DNA from: Gracilinanus agilis
Lineage: Eukaryota
Assembly (NCBI RefSeq): GCF_016433145.1
Contig: NC_058135.1
Location: 58,641,075 to 58,705,074 of the forward strand
Direction of reading: 5' to 3'
DNA: 64,000 nucleotides
Shown here: piece after piece, positions 38,103 to 50,790 of the stretch
Layout: each line of letters opens with the position of its first letter
Numbering within the stretch: position 1 is the stretch's first letter
The notes under the pieces: model-generated
The model's database searches: none
What the model was told of the DNA's origin: nothing
Seen by the model: only the letters and a program-made list of their open reading frames with translations
Made by a program: the position numbers and the translations under genes

Positions 38103-38120
38103 CTGCTCTACAGCTAAATT
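38103..38120 (-). other. candidate 18-nt microexon, gene unknown
   Basis: Minus strand: tctgatgacttctttttttatttgaag|AATTTAGCTGTAGAGCAG|gtaagt. Confidence 0.3.
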
Positions 38121-38149
38121 CTTCAAATAAAAAAAGAAGTCATCAGATT

Positions 38150-38400
38150 TTGTTGTTGTTTAATGATTTCAGTTGTGTCTGACCCTTGTTGACCTCATTT
38201 GGGATTCTCTTGGCAAAGATACTGGAGACGTTTATCATTCTCTTCCCCCAGTTCTTTTTTTAAGGATAAGGAACCGGAGACAAACAGGATTAAGTGACTT
38301 GCCCAGCATCTCATGGCTAGTTTTTGAGGCTGGATTTGAACTCAGGTCTTCCTGACACCAATTCAGTGTTCCCCATCCACTGCAGCATCTAACTGCCCAA
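38150..38400 (-). mobile_element. MAR1-type SINE
   Basis: tcttggcaaagatactggag...ttaagtgacttgcccagc...gctggatttgaactcaggtcttcctgac. Confidence 0.8.
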
Positions 38401-38892
38401 TAACACAGATAGGTATTGTAAATGCCAGAGAAGGAAGTTTAGTTGTAGGCAATCTTAAGAACTGTGAGAGGAGCCACAGGACCAGAGATTCTTTTTCTGT
38501 AGCAATGGCAATATCAATTTAATTATGATTCCTAGAAAAGAAATATGACATGAGCAATTGGAAAGGGGTTGGAGGATGGGGGAAAGGGAATGAAGAAATG
38601 CGGGGCATATGGCAAGATAGCAAGATTTTCCTTGTAGACTTTGGCATCAATGTAAATAGCTGGATAGGATCACATATCTGGGTCTGGGGCTCAAAGATTC
38701 GAGATGAGTTTTTTGTTCCTTCACTTGCCCATGGGCACAGCTCAGCCCTAAGAGCCCAACAGATAGGACAAAACATATCCTGTGAAACATACAACAGTGC
38801 TAGAACTATGCTTTCAACATAGTTATTTAGTAAACATCTATTTGGTTTGATGGTGGGAAGCAGAAACACATTGCTCTTTGATCAGATAAACT

Positions 38893-39027
38893 NNNNNNNN
38901 NNNNNNNNNNNNNNNNNNNNNNNNNNNNNNNNNNNNNNNNNNNNNNNNNNNNNNNNNNNNNNNNNNNNNNNNNNNNNNNNNNNNNNNNNNNNNNNNNNNN
39001 NNNNNNNNNNNNNNNNNNNNNNNNNNN
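38893..39027. other. assembly gap (135 N)
   Basis: N run. Confidence 1.
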
Positions 39028-39847
39028 TGTGATCAATGATCACCCTGAGCCAGATGGGCCAAGCTGGCCTTTGATTTGTCAGGCTCAAAATAAAATGTGA
39101 CCTCTAAGCCTTAAATCACCCAACCCAACCTTCCCTGTTCCCAAGCCTGAAGTCAACTGAGAGCCTTTCAGCTGCCCAGATCAGAGGGTGTTCATACCAT
39201 ACAACCACACCCTATTTTCATATCTACTGGATTTTTATCTTGACAGGTGATAGAGAACTGGATCCAAGTTTACATGATCTGCCAGCTCTTAACCCCTTCT
39301 TGCAAGGTCTCATTATGCCACCCTTTTGGAGCTGAAACAAAAGAGACTGGGAATCAAAGCTTTGTGGAGATCTGAGGCGGCATGGGGGATTAGAACCTTC
39401 TCCTTTAGAATCATGAGAGCAAAAGCTTTCCTTAAATCCTGGTCTTTATATATGATACCAGGCTAGACACTGAACACAGTGACAGAATCAAATGCCATTC
39501 CTGGCCTCCAGAAGCAAAAGCAGACCCTACCTGTGAGCATATGGGAAAATGAATGCTCACCAAAAGGAATGTTTCAGAGATGAACTGGGAATCAGAAAAC
39601 CAAGGATTTCTTCCTAGTCCTTTACTTACTTGCTGCAAAAACCCTGAGCCTCAATTTCCACAGTTCCAAGAAAAAAAAAGCCACATGGAGTATAGGATAG
39701 AGAGAAGACCTAGAATTCAAGAATTCTCCTGACACAGTCATTAGACTGTGTGAATGTGGGCAAAGAATCACAAGGCTCTAGGCAACTCTCTAAGGTTACA
39801 AGTCATAGCAAAGAATCTGCATTGGGGACTATCTGCCTGTACCAGTG

Positions 39848-40027
39848 NNNNNNNNNNNNNNNNNNNNNNNNNNNNNNNNNNNNNNNNNNNNNNNNNNNNN
39901 NNNNNNNNNNNNNNNNNNNNNNNNNNNNNNNNNNNNNNNNNNNNNNNNNNNNNNNNNNNNNNNNNNNNNNNNNNNNNNNNNNNNNNNNNNNNNNNNNNNN
40001 NNNNNNNNNNNNNNNNNNNNNNNNNNN
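39848..40027. other. assembly gap (180 N)
   Basis: N run. Confidence 1.
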
Positions 40028-41254
40028 CAGGTGAACAGATGGATTGATGGATGGATAGATAGAGAGATATGTAGAAATAGATGGATGGATGAGGAAAAAG
40101 AGGAGAAAGAAAGAGAGGGAGAGAAGAGGAGGGGAAGTTAAAAAGGGAAAAAGAGAGAGAGAGAGAGAGAGAGAGATGGATTCTTTACCTCACCTCACAG
40201 GGTTATTATAAGGAAAATACTTTGCATACCATAAAATGAAATATACTAGTGAGTTATTTTTATTATGGAGAGATGGGTGACAGAAGGATATTGCCAGCAA
40301 GGTTAAGATTATAGTTACAGTTAAGAAATGCTTCATGAATATTAGTATATTCATCCAGCATTTAAAATAGTGGTCTGGCGCATACTAGGTGCTTAATAAG
40401 TGTTAACTGGATGATTGATTTGCCAGTGAGGAAATTAAAAGGCTGTTTACAGAGAATCATGAGAAGTTTGGAGAGGTAGGGTGGGGTCAAATTATGGGTG
40501 CCCTGAAGACCAAGATGAGGAATTGTGTTGACAATTCAGTAGACGGTAAGAAAGTGAAGACTTTTTGAACAGAGAAAGGTCATGATGAATGTGTTACCTA
40601 AGAAAACCTAACTTCGAGACAGTGAGCAGGATAGAGTGAAACAGGGAAGGTGAGGAGGTAGATCAGCTAGCTCCATCTGATAAGACATCAGAGAAGTACT
40701 TATATCATATGCTACCAGAACAAGCTTTATAGTGTATCCTCACTGTTGATTTCATGAAGATGAAAAATGACACCTTCAAGGAATCATTCCCAGGCACAGA
40801 TATTAAGAGAACGAAACCAGCATGGCACTAGAAATGTGAGCACACAAATATTATCCTCTCCAAGGACCTATTACGAGGTGCCAAATGAGCATACAGTTCC
40901 ATCTTTTCCTGGCAACTGCAATTTTCCCATTAAAAGGCAGAGTCAATCTTTCCATATAGTAGAGGTTGTTATAAATTGTAATGTTTGTTATATGCCCTTG
41001 AGAAATCTGTTCAACAGATATAGCCCTGAGGGACAGATTCATGATTTTCTCAGGGGACTCGGGAAGACTAGGGTTCCACAGTATTACTTAAAAAGATGGT
41101 ATATCACATTAATAGCACAAGACACAAGTCATCCTAGATTATGAATTCTCTGAAGACAGGGACCACATCCCCTATATCTCTCATATCACAGAGTATCTAG
41201 AACAGTCTTCTACTATGGTAGAAGAGTAATAAATGTTGATGCCATTAATGACTA

Positions 41255-41480
41255 ATGGCACTGGGGGCATAGTGGATAGAATAGTAGGTCTGAATTCAAG
41301 AAGACATGAGTCTGAATCAAATATCAGAAGCGTACTAGCTGTGTAATCCTGGGTAGGTCATTTAAACTCTGTTCGTCTTAATTTCTTCCGTGGTAAAATT
41401 GGAACCTACCTCTCAGGATTATTTTGCGGATCAAATGAGATATTTGTAAAAGCACTTAGCAGGGTGCCTGGTACACAGTA
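41255..41480 (+). mobile_element. MIR/MAR1-type SINE
   Basis: gggggcatagtggatagaa...ggatcaaatgagatatttgtaaaagcacttagcagggtgcctgg. Confidence 0.8.
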
Positions 41481-41554
41481 GGTGCAACAGAATTACTTAT
41501 TCCCTTCCCTCTCTTTTCCTTCCCTTCCCTAATACTGAACATAGTCTATACTTG

Positions 41555-41995
41555 TGTTCATTTGTTTCAGGCATGTCCAACTCCCTCTGGCCCTTTCTGG
41601 GGGTTTTCTTGGCAAAGACACTGGAATGGTTTGCCATTTTTTGTTTTTAGCTCATTTTACAGTTTTTTTTAACCCTTAACTTCTGTGTATTGGCTCCTAG
41701 GCAGAAGAGTAGGTAAGGGTGGGCAATGGGGGTCAAGTGACTTGCCCAGGGTCACACATCTGGGAAGTGTCTGAGGTCAGATTTGAACCCAGGACCTCCA
41801 GTCTCTAGGTCTGACTCTCAATCTACTGAGCTACCCAGCTGCCCCCTCATTTTACAGTTGAGGAAACTGAGGCAAACAGAGTTAAGTGATTGGCCAAGGG
41901 CCACATAACTAGGTGTCTGAGGATAGATGAACTCAGGAAGATAAATCTTTCTGACTCCAGGTCTGGCACTCTATCTACTGTGCCACCTAGCTGCC
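41555..41995 (-). mobile_element. MAR1-type SINE, split by SINE1_Mdo
   Basis: ggggttttcttggcaaagacactggaatggtttgcc ... gaggaaactgaggcaaacagagttaagtga. Confidence 0.85.
41665..41845 (-). mobile_element. young SINE1_Mdo
   Basis: 14-bp TSD ctcattttacagtt at 41651-41664 and 41846-41859. Confidence 0.93.
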
Positions 41996-43256
41996 CTATA
42001 ATCTACACTACCCAGTCTCAATTCGCTACTTTTTCAATGACAAACCTATTCAAAAAGAGCCCCCCAAAAACATTTAAACAAGATAATATTGAAGTAAGTT
42101 TGAATAACTCATTCTAGCTGTTCAGAACTTCTTGTTTCCCTTATCCTACTCTTGGACTCAATTTGGATTTGAGATATTTTTATTATAATTTAATTAAATT
42201 TTATTATAATTAAAAATACTTGGGGTAGTATAGTGAAGGGGGAGTTGGACTTGGAGTCTGGAGAGTCTTGGATTTGAATATTACTTCCAATAGTTACTCC
42301 CTCTGTGACAACAGAAAAGCCATCTAATTTCTCTGAGCCTCAGTTTCCTTATTTGTGGCTTCACAGTTGCTGATTCTCCTTCTCCACACACTTTTGAATT
42401 TCCTAGGAAAGGTGGAATGAACACACATATGATAACAATGAAGGTGCTACATTTGATCAACCAATTTAATTGACTGGTGCATATAGAAGAGTGAAAAATA
42501 GAGGAATCACGAAAAGACTTCATGGCAATTTAACAATTATTTTAATGATTGTACTCCTCTAATTTTATCTGAGAAATTCATTTTTTCCATGTTTCTCAAC
42601 CCTAATAAGCGTCCTAAAGAAGAAGGCCTGGAGAAGGGCAAGAGGCAAGGCCAGCTGGCAAAGTTGCTTTCACCATCCAGTTGGTTGGGGGAGTGGGGAG
42701 ATAGAACTGATCTTCAAGACAGAAAGAAGATGGTTCATATCAAAGAGAAGAGCAGCACGGAGCAGGGTGAGTTAATTGATGAAATCAAGGTTGCTTTTTG
42801 ACATTTGCCAAGGACCCAGATCATGCAAATGAGTCGCCAATAACTCAATTTATTTTGGCCGTGCATTGTCTGAAATCCGACATGTGACTGCTGGACAGCT
42901 GTCAACACTCTCTTCAGTGACACCATTTACTGGAAGTCAGAGGGCCAAAACAGAAGAATTCTCCAACTTTCACCTATAATTCAATTAGATTCATGCATCA
43001 TCTTTTTTCATCCTTTTTTTCAAGGAAAAGGTGACTAATTGGCTTCATCATAAACCAGAATCAGTGACTCATAGTGGTGATAGGCTTGGTGAGTTATTAA
43101 ATGAAAATGTTTTCAATTCCTTGCCCCAACTGGGTAAAAGAAACACAAATTAACTCTTGGACTTTCAAACCAAATTCTACAATCTCCCCTCAAAATAAAG
43201 GCCCATTTGCAGTGTCTCCCTCTTATGTCCCTTCAAGTCATCAAGATGCTCAATCT

Positions 43257-43460
43257 TTTTTTGGCCTTTTCCTTCTTTTTAGAATCAATATTTAGAATCA
43301 ACATTGGTTCCAAGTCAGAAGAGCGGTAAGAGCCAGGCGAGGGGGATTAAGTGACTTGCCCAAGGTTACACAACTAGGAAGTGTCTGAGGCCAGATTTGA
43401 ATCTAGGACCTCTCATCTCCAGGCCTGGCTCTCTATTCTCTGAGTCACCCTAGCTGCTCT
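43257..43460 (-). mobile_element. SINE1_Mdo-type SINE
   Basis: attggttccaagtcagaagagcggtaag...gtgtctgaggccagatttgaatctagg. Confidence 0.85.
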
Positions 43461-44059
43461 CAACCTCCAATCTTAAAACAAAATATACAAACAAAAAGCC
43501 CCATCTTGCCTGCTCCCTCCACTGCCAAACTTCTAAAATGGGAGATCTACACTTGATGCCTACAACGATGGGATAAGAGATCTAAGGATGCTTCATAAAT
43601 GATGTTGTCCAACACTCTGTTTTTGCAATAGGGGAAAATGAGGTCCAGAAAGACTGAGACTTTTCCAAGCTCCTAGTCATAGCCATTTTTTCAAATTGGT
43701 ATCTGGTTCCAAATCCTACATCTTTTTCAATGTTCTGCCCTTTCCTTGGCACCCCAACTCACTGCAATCTTAAATCTATTCTAACTATTCTAATGAAATT
43801 TTTTAAGATTGTTCTTGTTATTCAATCCAATGACTTTTTCCTTCATCTACCTTCTCCCTTTACTCTCTGAAGTATTTTATTCTGATCATCAGTCCCTTTT
43901 CTCAATATCCTTTTCTATCTACTTTGCTTCATGATTCTCTTCCTACTTCTCTGGCCATTCCTCTTCTGCTTTTATTTTCAAACCTGGTAGAGCTATTAGA
44001 GACCTAAGCAGCTCTCCAGTCCAAACCATACCTGAAAAAAGTGTCCTCTCTACAATATG

Positions 44060-44710
44060 ACCTGTATCTAATTAGAAGAAAATTTAACAGATAGATATGA
44101 GGTCCTGCGGTTTTGTTTTAAAAAATCAACTGAACCAATACACAACAATGGACATATTGTGATATGACAGAAGATCTAAGGATTTTAGTGGGCTGTGAGC
44201 TCAATATGTGTGTCAAAGTCAGCCTTAAAAAAAAAGAGAGAGAAATTTAACTAAAGCAATATTAGGTTTAGAAGAATAATGTTCAGAACAACAACCCCAA
44301 AAAAAGTTGTTAGTTTTTATGTACTTTGATCTCATTCCCATCTGGAGCACTGTGTTCAGTCATGGATACCACATTTTTGGAAAGATGTTTCTTAGCTGGA
44401 ACATACCCAGAATAGGGTGACAAAGTGGTAAAGGGACTTGAAATCATACCATTTGAGCACAAGTTAAAAGAAATGATGCTGTTTAGCTGAGAAGGAAGAT
44501 GACCTAGCTAGAACATGACAGCTGCCTTCAAGTATTTAAAGAGCTGTTATATGGAAAAGGGATTGGGCCCTTTTTTTTGGCTTAACTACAAAGGCGCAGT
44601 GATGGGATATTGAAAAGAAGCAGAATAAATTTGTTAACAATTAGCGTTGTCCCAAAGTGGATTGCCTTGGGAGGCAATGAACTCTTTATCAGTTATGAGT
44701 TGAACTTTCC
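44060..44710 (+). mobile_element. L3/CR1 LINE 3' fragment
   Basis: catctggagcactgtgttcagt...ccacattt...gctgccttcaagtatttaaagagctg. Confidence 0.8.
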
Positions 44711-46109
44711 ATAATGAGAATCTTTGATTAGCTATCTATAGGCACATACATAGATGAGCAGCTGGAGGGAAGGAAGGAGTAGAAAAGAGAAAAAGGGAAG
44801 ATGAAGGGAGAGAAAATTAAGAACATTTAACTTTTGCACATTCTAAGAACTCTTTGAGACTAAATCTATAAGGTGCAAAACAGCTGCTGACCTGCCTTCG
44901 AAGAGTTTCCTTACCAGGAAACTAAAGAGAGCAAATCACAGATAAGACATCTACTCCCCCTAAGTAAACAAGTAAATACCAAAAAACCCTACTCTGATAT
45001 GTCACCTTCACACTGAAGTGACTCTGAATTATTGAAGATTGTACCAGGAGAGTATAAGCTCTGGCAGATCCAAGCAAGCTAGACATTTCAGATCTAGATC
45101 TAATGATAGCCAGTAAGTCTCTCATCTGAAGTCCAGCCCAGATTCATAAAGGATATTTACCAGAGTGACCGTGGGTGAGATGAGTTTTTTGGTCACATTA
45201 GATTTTGCACATCATCTTCTGAGACATAAATCAGGTAAGGAGAGAACCCACCGGGATGTAATCACAGATCCTTGAATTCTTGCAGAAAATTTATTCGAGC
45301 AATAGATTAGTATTCTTTTAGCATCACTTCAAAGTTCTTTCTGGAATCAAGGAAGTAATTGAGAATCTTTTATAGTCGTGTAATTTACAATTTTTCTAGG
45401 TTCCAAAATAATTTAGAGAAATATTTTTTAAGGATGAAACAGTAAAACTCATTTCACTCTTATAAAAATGCAAATATTTGCATTTACTAATTTCCCTGGA
45501 ATGATAAAGATTAACTAAAGTCCATGATCATAACTTAGTGCACAGACCTGGAGTATTATGAACAGTTATGTAACTCTGATGCCCCACTGGAGAATAGAGC
45601 TGGGCTGGGTTTTCAAAGGCTCTGACAGTAAGGCAGGAACTCTAGGAAGTCCTTCTAAAAGGAAAAACACATATTAGCCTAGAAACAATGTGCATCAGTC
45701 ATCAAAGGAATAACCCAAAACCATTTGAAGAGATTATTCACCAAAAGGTAGATACCAAATGCTTGAAGGAGTAGAGATCTGTACTGGTGAAGGAAATACC
45801 AACACCAGAGCAATTGTGACTCCTCGGAAGCATTAATGGATTATCTGTATGCAAGTCCTTTTTCTTAACTTTATATTTGTCTTTCAGAGGAAAATAAATG
45901 TATTTATCATTGGCAAAAGGAAAACTTTTACTATGGTATAAACATAATTTATTTTGGATCAAATCAAAGAGGAAATATTTTCACCTGAAACTTTAAAAAC
46001 CTAAAATTTTTCATTTCAAGCTAAGTAGCTTTGGAATTTGAATTATTTTAAGCTTCTTATAGAAAAGAACCATCACATTTTCTTCTATTATCATATACCC
46101 AGCAATTTA

Positions 46110-48110
46110 TCACCAGATATTTCTAGGGCACTGAGGATAGAAGTTCAAAGAATGAAATTATTCTTGCTCACAAGAAACTTGCATTCTAAAAGGAGAAATG
46201 AGGAGGACATATATAAAGTCATTAACTACAAAAGGCAGTTATGAGGGACCACACCAGTGGCTGGCAGAGAAAGGCTTCATTCAAAAGATGGGGCTGGAGC
46301 TGTATTTTAAAGGAAAGGAGGAAGTCTGAAGCAGAGGTAAAGAGGGAATACATTCTAGCCAGAGACAATGGCCAGTCCAAAGGCACAGTTAAGAGAGATG
46401 GAATACAATATGTAACAAAGAAAAGGCCAGTTTGGCTGGATTACAGAGTGCAATAGAGGGATTAGTGTCCAGTGAGGCTGGAATGATAGGTGGAGGACAG
46501 TTTGGATAGGACTAGAAAAGCATAACTGAAGTGCTTATATTTTAATCTAAAGACAAGAGGAAGTCATTGGAGTTGATTAAGTAGTGAGGTAAGGGGGTCA
46601 GATCTGCAGTTAATGAAAATTACTTGGGCAGCATGTGCAGAATGGACTGGATGGATAAGATACTTGAGACAGGGAAGCTAAGTTTTTCAATAAGAGATGA
46701 TAAGGACCTGAATGACAGGGATGGCTATTTAAATGGAGAGGAGTCAGATGCAAGAAATGCTGAAAAAGGTTTTTAAAAAAGGCAAGTTTTCACCCTTTAT
46801 TTGATTGTGGGGTGAAAGAAAATGAGTTGAGGTTATCAAGCTTATGAACTTGGGAGATTTGGGGAGGGTGGTTGACATCCTCAAAAGGAAGCACAGGAAT
46901 ATTTGCAAGAAGGAAGAGTTTTGAGGAAAGATAATGAGATCCATTTTGGGCATGTTGATTTGAAACATTCCCAAGACATCCAGTTTGAAATGGTCGATAG
47001 GCAATAGTGATATGGAACTGACACTGAAAGGAGAGATTGAAACTGAATATCTAGATCTATGAATAGTCCAAAGAAATAAAGATTGTTAAAGCCATAAGAA
47101 TTGATGATGTGAGCAAAAGAGAAAATGTTTTTTTAAAAGGAGATCACTAATATTTGAAAAGAGCAGATTCAATCAAATAATAATGTCTGAAGTCATATGG
47201 AAAGGATTGAGAGGTGAGGAGAAAGCAAATGAAGGCAGCAAGAATTGATAACTTCTCAAGAAGTTTGGCTAAAAAATGAGACAAAGGATGATAGTTTGAG
47301 GTGACAATAAGGTCTAGTGAGGGACTTTTAAAGATGGGATAGACCTGGACATTTTTGAAGGCATAAACAAAGAACCAGTAGATAGGGAGAAGTAGAAAAA
47401 ATGAAGGAGAGATAGCAGAAGACGGGCGAGAAAGAGAGAGGGTGGATGATGCTGAGGAGGATAATGATGATATCTTCTGAACAACACAGGAGATGATGGT
47501 TCCGATGCATATGTAAAAGAGTTGACCTTGACAAGGAAAATGGCCACCACCATACTATCAAAGATTGAGGGAGAAAGGGAGAAAGAGAGGGTTGATGTCA
47601 AGGGAACCTGAGATGAGGACAATGGGACAGGAGGAAGCTTACATAAAATTACTTCAATGTTCTCATTAAACTAAAGAAGCAAAGTCCTCAACTGAGGATC
47701 AGTGGTGAGGAAAAGGCACAGGTGGCTTGAAAATGGAAAATTGAAAATAATGTTTGGAATATCTTTGATTGGGAGTGAGACATGGAAAAAATTAGAGAAA
47801 AATAAAAGGATTTCTTTTCTGCATTGACATTCCAGTTGAGTCTAGTTAAAGATAATATAGGACATTCTCCAGCTATGTTCAGCAGCTGATAGATAGGAGA
47901 AGAGGAGGCAGATGATAGTACTAATCTAGGGCTGAGACTGGCAAAAGATGAACAGTGGTAGGTCAAGGGGGCAAGGGATTCAAGGGCAGAAAATAGCATA
48001 GAGTTGAAATGGCCAGCTATGGGGTGGAGGTTGGAAAGGAAAGTGAAATTGGAACAGGGATAATCACCTAAGGAAGTACTGGTGGCAAAAGGATTAGAGG
48101 TCTCAGTGAA
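46110..48110 (-). mobile_element. long degraded L2
   Basis: Purine-rich antisense L2: gatccattttgggcatgttgatttgaaa...catccagtttgaaat...gatagtttgagg. Confidence 0.8.
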
Positions 48111-48859
48111 GGTATATAATAGATTGCATTATTCTCAGTCATAATAAAATTGTATATTAGAAGATATCGATTTTAACCTCAATATGTTTTGGAGGGGAAA
48201 AAAACTAAAGTAGTAAAACTAGTGTTACCCATCTTAGCAATGCATTGCCATAAAAGTTTTAAGGTTTTATGTAGTGCATTCATATAAGAATTCCAACTAA
48301 TAACAATTTTAATCTCCATTCCATGAATGGGAAAACTGAGACTCCAAGAGGATAAAGAGTATTTCCACAATAATACTAGTTGGCAGTCAAGCTCAATAAA
48401 AAGACCAGGACTTCCGACCACCATCTAATAGCTATTAACTTAAAGTGTTTAACCCTTTGATACAGAAGTCTCTAAAAATTCAACACAGTGAAATTTCTAC
48501 TTCTTTTGAAAAAGAACATACATACTTTTTTTCAAAATCAATATATTAAAATTTGGTTAATTATTCTTTCTCTAACTCTTAAAAAAACAAACAGAAATTG
48601 GAAACATCCCTGTTTTGACATAATGGGGTAAAGAAAATCCTGAATTCTTTATCATGAAGCCTCTGGTTACTGATTAGATTCTAATACTGACAAGAAAACA
48701 ATTTCAAACAACAAAGAAGAATTACATAAACCAGTCCAACTAACCCATGATAGTGGCAGATTTAAAGATTTTAAAGTACAAAATCACGGACGGTAAGATA
48801 TAGATGATTTGGGAGCTGAAGTATGAGAATGTACCTATATGTATTTTATTACAAGTGAG

Positions 48860-49040
48860 GTCATGGAGGTACTGAAGTCAAGAATGGTTTAAAGTCCAGA
48901 AATGTCACCACCCACATTAAAATGGGTGTTTAATTGGGAACATTTAATAAAAATATAACATGGATAATGTTAACTTGTGATTTTCAAAATCAATATACAA
49001 CCTGCAGAAATCCATTTCTGTTTGAGTTTGACATCTCTGG
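48860..49040 (-). mobile_element. old hAT-type non-autonomous element
   Basis: taattgggaacatttaataa...ctgtttgagtttgacatctctg. Confidence 0.6.
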
Positions 49041-49374
49041 AAGCAATGGCCTGAACCATGCACTGAATCATGGAATCTGATGATATACCTGGATTTCCTA
49101 GGAGTAAATTATTCATTTAGACAAACTAAATGCTGCATCTTGAGTTCTCTTTCAACATTGATGGGGATGGTCAACCTGTGAACTATACACTGAATCTCTT
49201 GTACTTTGTTTAAATAGGGATAGCCAGTACTATCGGCAATTTTAATATATAATCCTAGTTTTCAAACTTTACAAATGGGTTATGATCATTTTTTCTCTTG
49301 ATGAGTTTTGGAAGTAAATGTATTTTACATTGCTTGATGAAAAAACAACCTAACCATTTTTTCATTTCTTTAAG

Positions 49375-49452
49375 TGCTGGAAAAAGAAATTCAATGATTT
49401 GGGTTTTCCTTTCTATGGTCATATAACAAAAAAGGGAAGTTGTTGCCAAGAT
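49375..49452 (+). other. candidate 78-nt exon (open in phase 0: CWKKKFNDLGFPFYGHITKKGSCCQD)
   Basis: cctaac branch point, attttttcatttctttaag acceptor, GAT|gtaagt donor; peptide not recognised. Confidence 0.25.
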
Positions 49453-49745
49453 GTAAGTAACAGAAGTGGAAATTTCAGTAGATAAATCTTTAACACTAGG
49501 GTTTGCTTTACTATTAGTTTTTAGCTTGTACAATAAAAGTTTTCACCACTTATAACTTATGGTGCATTTTCTTTATGGGTCCACCATAAAAGTATTTGCT
49601 CATCAGGAAGTCTGATCATTCTTAGGGTGGAAAATTTTTTGGCCACGGGATAAAACACAGCAAATATCCACAGCATACAAAGAGGAAATAATAAGGGGGT
49701 TTTATCATCACTAAGGTTCATTTCTTGTTCAAAACTAAAAGTCCA

Positions 49746-49930
49746 GGAATAGCTAGGTAGCACAGAGGATAGAGTGCCTAGAGTTGGGAAGACGTAGGTT
49801 CAAATCTGGTCACAGAGACTTCCTAGCTGTGTGACCCTGGGTAAGTCATTTAACCCCAAATGCCTAGCTCTTAATTGCTCTTTTGCCTTAGAATGGATCA
49901 ATTCTAAGAAATTAAGAGTTTTTTAAAAAG
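49746..49930 (+). mobile_element. SINE1_Mdo-type SINE
   Basis: cttcctagctgtgtgaccctgggtaagtcatttaacccc. Confidence 0.8.
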
Positions 49931-50614
49931 CTTACTTTATTTCAAAAAGGAATGAGTATTTGGATCCATCAGAGGGCTCATATATGTGTGACTTGCTCTG
50001 CAAAGTTTTGACTAAGCCCCACTCCAGTTTTTGGTTTTTAACAATTTAGACAACAGATGGCACTTTGTTGTCTAGGACTTGATTCAACCCTTCATTCTCC
50101 TTTTCTTCTCATATTACAGATTGGAGTCTAGAATGAAAGATTGGTAAGCAAGGAGATTGAAAGAAAAGATTCACTTCAGTGAAGCCTTATATGATGTGTC
50201 GGACCACCCTGTTTTGCCTTAATCTGCCTATACAGGTTAGGGCAGAAAAAGGAGGATTATGCTAACAAGAGTCAGGGGGATTCAGAGGAAAGGTAGAATG
50301 CCTGCGTTCTACTACATTAGAGCCTTTGCATTCTTTTAGGAGTCCCTGCATAGACACATAGACATAACAGGACTAGTTCATGGTAAATGGACTCTGAAAC
50401 TTAATTATGAATTACCTGGTTTCAAAGCAGATTGGCATTTTATTTAGAGAAATTTATGTAATTGTGAGTTAAAACTTAAAAAAGAAACCTAGCACAAGAA
50501 TAGTCAAAAATGAATGAATACTTGTGGAATGATTGAAATGTAAAGGAACAATTTTATTAAGCATTGTGAGCTAGCATGGCATTGTAGTAAGCAATTTTTA
50601 TTAGGTAGAATTGA

Positions 50615-50790
50615 AATTTGTCTTAGGGTTATATATATATATATGTCTAAGTATCTATTCTAAGATAGAAGAGTGGCAAGGACTAGGCAATTAGAGTTGA
50701 GTGTCTTGCCCAGGGCCACATAGTTAAAAAGTGTCTGAGGACCCAACTCCAAGCCTAGTACTCTAACCACTATACTACCTTGCTACCCCT
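50615..50790 (-). mobile_element. SINE1_Mdo-type SINE (degenerate)
   Basis: taagatagaagagtggcaaggactaggcaatt...cttgcccagggccacatag. Confidence 0.75.

Noticed and set aside
40767-41144. 125-aa plus-strand ORF
   Set aside because: No recognisable domain or splice context; the length is within chance for a window this size
42720-42900. CAGG|GTGAGT donor, TTAATTG and octamer ATGCAAAT (42823-42830)
   Set aside because: Short motifs expected by chance, with no acceptor; cannot be supported without conservation data
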